A stretch of 25,842 nt of DNA, from IMG/VR virus record IMGVR_UViG_3300042317_000788, positions 1 to 25,842 of that record. The stretch is one strand, 5' to 3'. Below are positions 24,298 to 25,842 of the stretch, piece after piece. The position numbers and the translations under genes are program-made. This stretch comes from a virus (taxonomy: Duplodnaviria > Caudoviricetes). The notes beneath the pieces are model-generated. The model ran no database searches and was not told the origin of the DNA. It was given only the letters and a program-made list of their open reading frames with translations. Position 1 is the first letter of the stretch. Every line of letters starts with the position of its first letter.

Positions 24298-25190
24298 TTT
24301 ATTGCCCCTCTCATGAGCCATTCTTTTAATGATACTTTTGGTACCCATCCAGTTAATTGTTTAAATTTTTCATTAGACGCAAGAGTTTCTTGCACTTCAC
24401 CAATTCTTGACGGTATAAAATTAATATCATCTGAAATCATGTTGGCAATATCAAGTATAGCGTAATTACTTCCATAACCAATGTTATATACTTCGCCAAA
24501 TCCATTTTCAACTTCAGAAGCAAGAGTGTTTGCTTGAACTACATCTGATATATGTGTAAAATCTCTACGCTGAGATCCATCACCAACCACTGTTAATGAT
24601 TTTCCTTCTTCGTGTTGCTTTAAAAACAAACCTATTACTGGCGCATATTGACCTTTTAATGGTTGTCTATCTCCATAAACATTAAAATATCTAAGGGATA
24701 TGGTTTGTAATCCATAAAGGTTGTAATAAACTCTTGCAAGGTTTTCACCAAAAACTTTAGCAGCAGAGTATGGGGTTAATGGATCGGGTGATTGTGTTTC
24801 TTGGTTTGGAAGCAAAGCCTTTTTACCATAAGAAGAAGATGTGCTTGAATAAATTAGTCTATTCACTTTGTTAACCCTACAAAGTTCAAGAACGTTGGCC
24901 GTTCCTACTGCGTTTGATTGAATAGATTTTTTAGGATTTAATATTGCTGGTTGTATTCTTGCATCAGATGCAACATGAAACACGCAGTCAATATCTTTAA
25001 AAAGTGGTGCAATTAAATCATAATCACAAATGTCATACTTATAGTTTTGTGCTTTATCGTTCCAATAGAATTGTTCATGACATTCTGCAGACTCATCATC
25101 AATACAAATAACATTGTGACCAAGACTAATTAACTTATCAACAAGGTTTGACCCAATAAAACCAGCACCACCAGTAACTAAATATTTCAT
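24294..25190 (-). CDS. NAD-dependent nucleotide-sugar epimerase/dehydratase (extended SDR)
   Basis: LVTGGAGFIGS, SSTSSSYG, PYSAAK, LRYFNVYG, GDGSQRRDFTH. Confidence 0.95.
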   Translation of the reverse strand: MKYLVTGGAGFIGSNLVDKLISLGHNVICIDDESAECHEQFYWNDKAQNYKYDICDYDLIAPLFKDIDCVFHVASDARIQPAILNPKKSIQSNAVGTANVLELCRVNKVNRLIYSSTSSSYGKKALLPNQETQSPDPLTPYSAAKVFGENLARVYYNLYGLQTISLRYFNVYGDRQPLKGQYAPVIGLFLKQHEEGKSLTVVGDGSQRRDFTHISDVVQANTLASEVENGFGEVYNIGYGSNYAILDIANMISDDINFIPSRIGEVQETLASNEKFKQLTGWVPKVSLKEWLMRGAIK

Positions 25191-25842
25191 TTTATGTTTA
25201 AAGTTTCTAATATGCTTGCCCATCTATGAACATATGTATGTTCTTGTTTAGTTCTTTCATGACCATTTAATCTAATTAGTTCCCTTGTTGAATTATCATC
25301 AAGATATTGATCTACCTTAGATTTTAGATCTTCAAGATTGCCATGCTCGTAAAAAACAATTTCTTCTCCATCAATAAAATATTCTTCAAGACCTTTAATA
25401 CGAGGGTAGATAGTAAATCCACCACGACCAGTACTTTCAAATAACCTATCACTTGTATAGTATGGATAATTAAAATCAATGTTAAGACTATCACCAACTG
25501 CTATTCTACTTTTTGCATAAATTCTATTTAAATCATTGCCACGAACGGTTCCAGTGTCTCCATCTCCACCAACGTGTAAAAATCTTTTACCATAGATTCG
25601 TCTTAAAAAGTCTATTAATTCTGCACGGTATTTATGTTCATGATGATACCTTTTACTACCAACAAATATTACATCATACTCAAACTCATCTTTATTATAA
25701 TCCTCATGGATGTAACACTCTTTATCATATACCCCAGCAGGTAAGAAATGTCCTTTAACATTAGTGTTCTTATTAAACCAATCAGCCATTAGTTTATCTG
25801 TTGCAAAGAAGTGCCCAATTGTTTTATAAAAATCATCTTCTT
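25187..25842 (-). CDS. CgeB-like glycosyltransferase (5' end outside window)
   Basis: DVIFVGS, YTSDRLFESTGRGGF, EHTYVHRW; frame is open to the window edge. Confidence 0.8.
   Translation of the reverse strand, partial: EDDFYKTIGHFFATDKLMADWFNKNTNVKGHFLPAGVYDKECYIHEDYNKDEFEYDVIFVGSKRYHHEHKYRAELIDFLRRIYGKRFLHVGGDGDTGTVRGNDLNRIYAKSRIAVGDSLNIDFNYPYYTSDRLFESTGRGGFTIYPRIKGLEEYFIDGEEIVFYEHGNLEDLKSKVDQYLDDNSTRELIRLNGHERTKQEHTYVHRWASILETLNIK

Noticed and set aside
22327-25758. Short + strand ORFs within the glycosyltransferase operon
   Set aside because: Antisense to well-supported coupled genes, with no RBS or motifs.

Overview
AT-rich, gene-dense segment that reads as the accessory arm of a large tailed phage of Actinobacteria, probably a freshwater acI/Nanopelagicales-type host. 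This is inferred from a whiB gene, an FmdB zinc ribbon, a DUF7455-like zinc finger, an MSMEG_6728-type pyrimidine-dimer glycosylase, leaderless genes, phage-type hsp20, a CHAP amidase, an HslV-like peptidase, a lone tRNA-Thr(UGU) and no housekeeping operons. No capsid or terminase gene lies in the window, so the phage call is indirect. Left to right: (1) two large secreted surface-type proteins, a Thr/Ser-rich Ig-like S-layer-like protein and a PA14-FN3-helical-stalk protein that appears to start at CTG, plus two small membrane proteins; (2) hsp20, flanked by a ROSE-like 5' UTR and a ~135-nt structured, pseudoknotted element; (3) five 2OG-Fe(II) oxygenases, two of them directly after a Gnt1/GT60-like glycosyltransferase; (4) amidase, secreted HNH nuclease and small actinophage genes; (5) many glycan-building genes (NTP-transferase-HAD fusion, GDPD-like, GT61, Stealth-like, and a minus-strand GT/methyltransferase/epimerase operon). 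The most interesting candidates are a phage-encoded host-surface remodelling/glycosylation system, a hydroxylase-plus-glycosyltransferase module, and several RNA-level control elements. All family calls come from motifs read by eye, with no database search.
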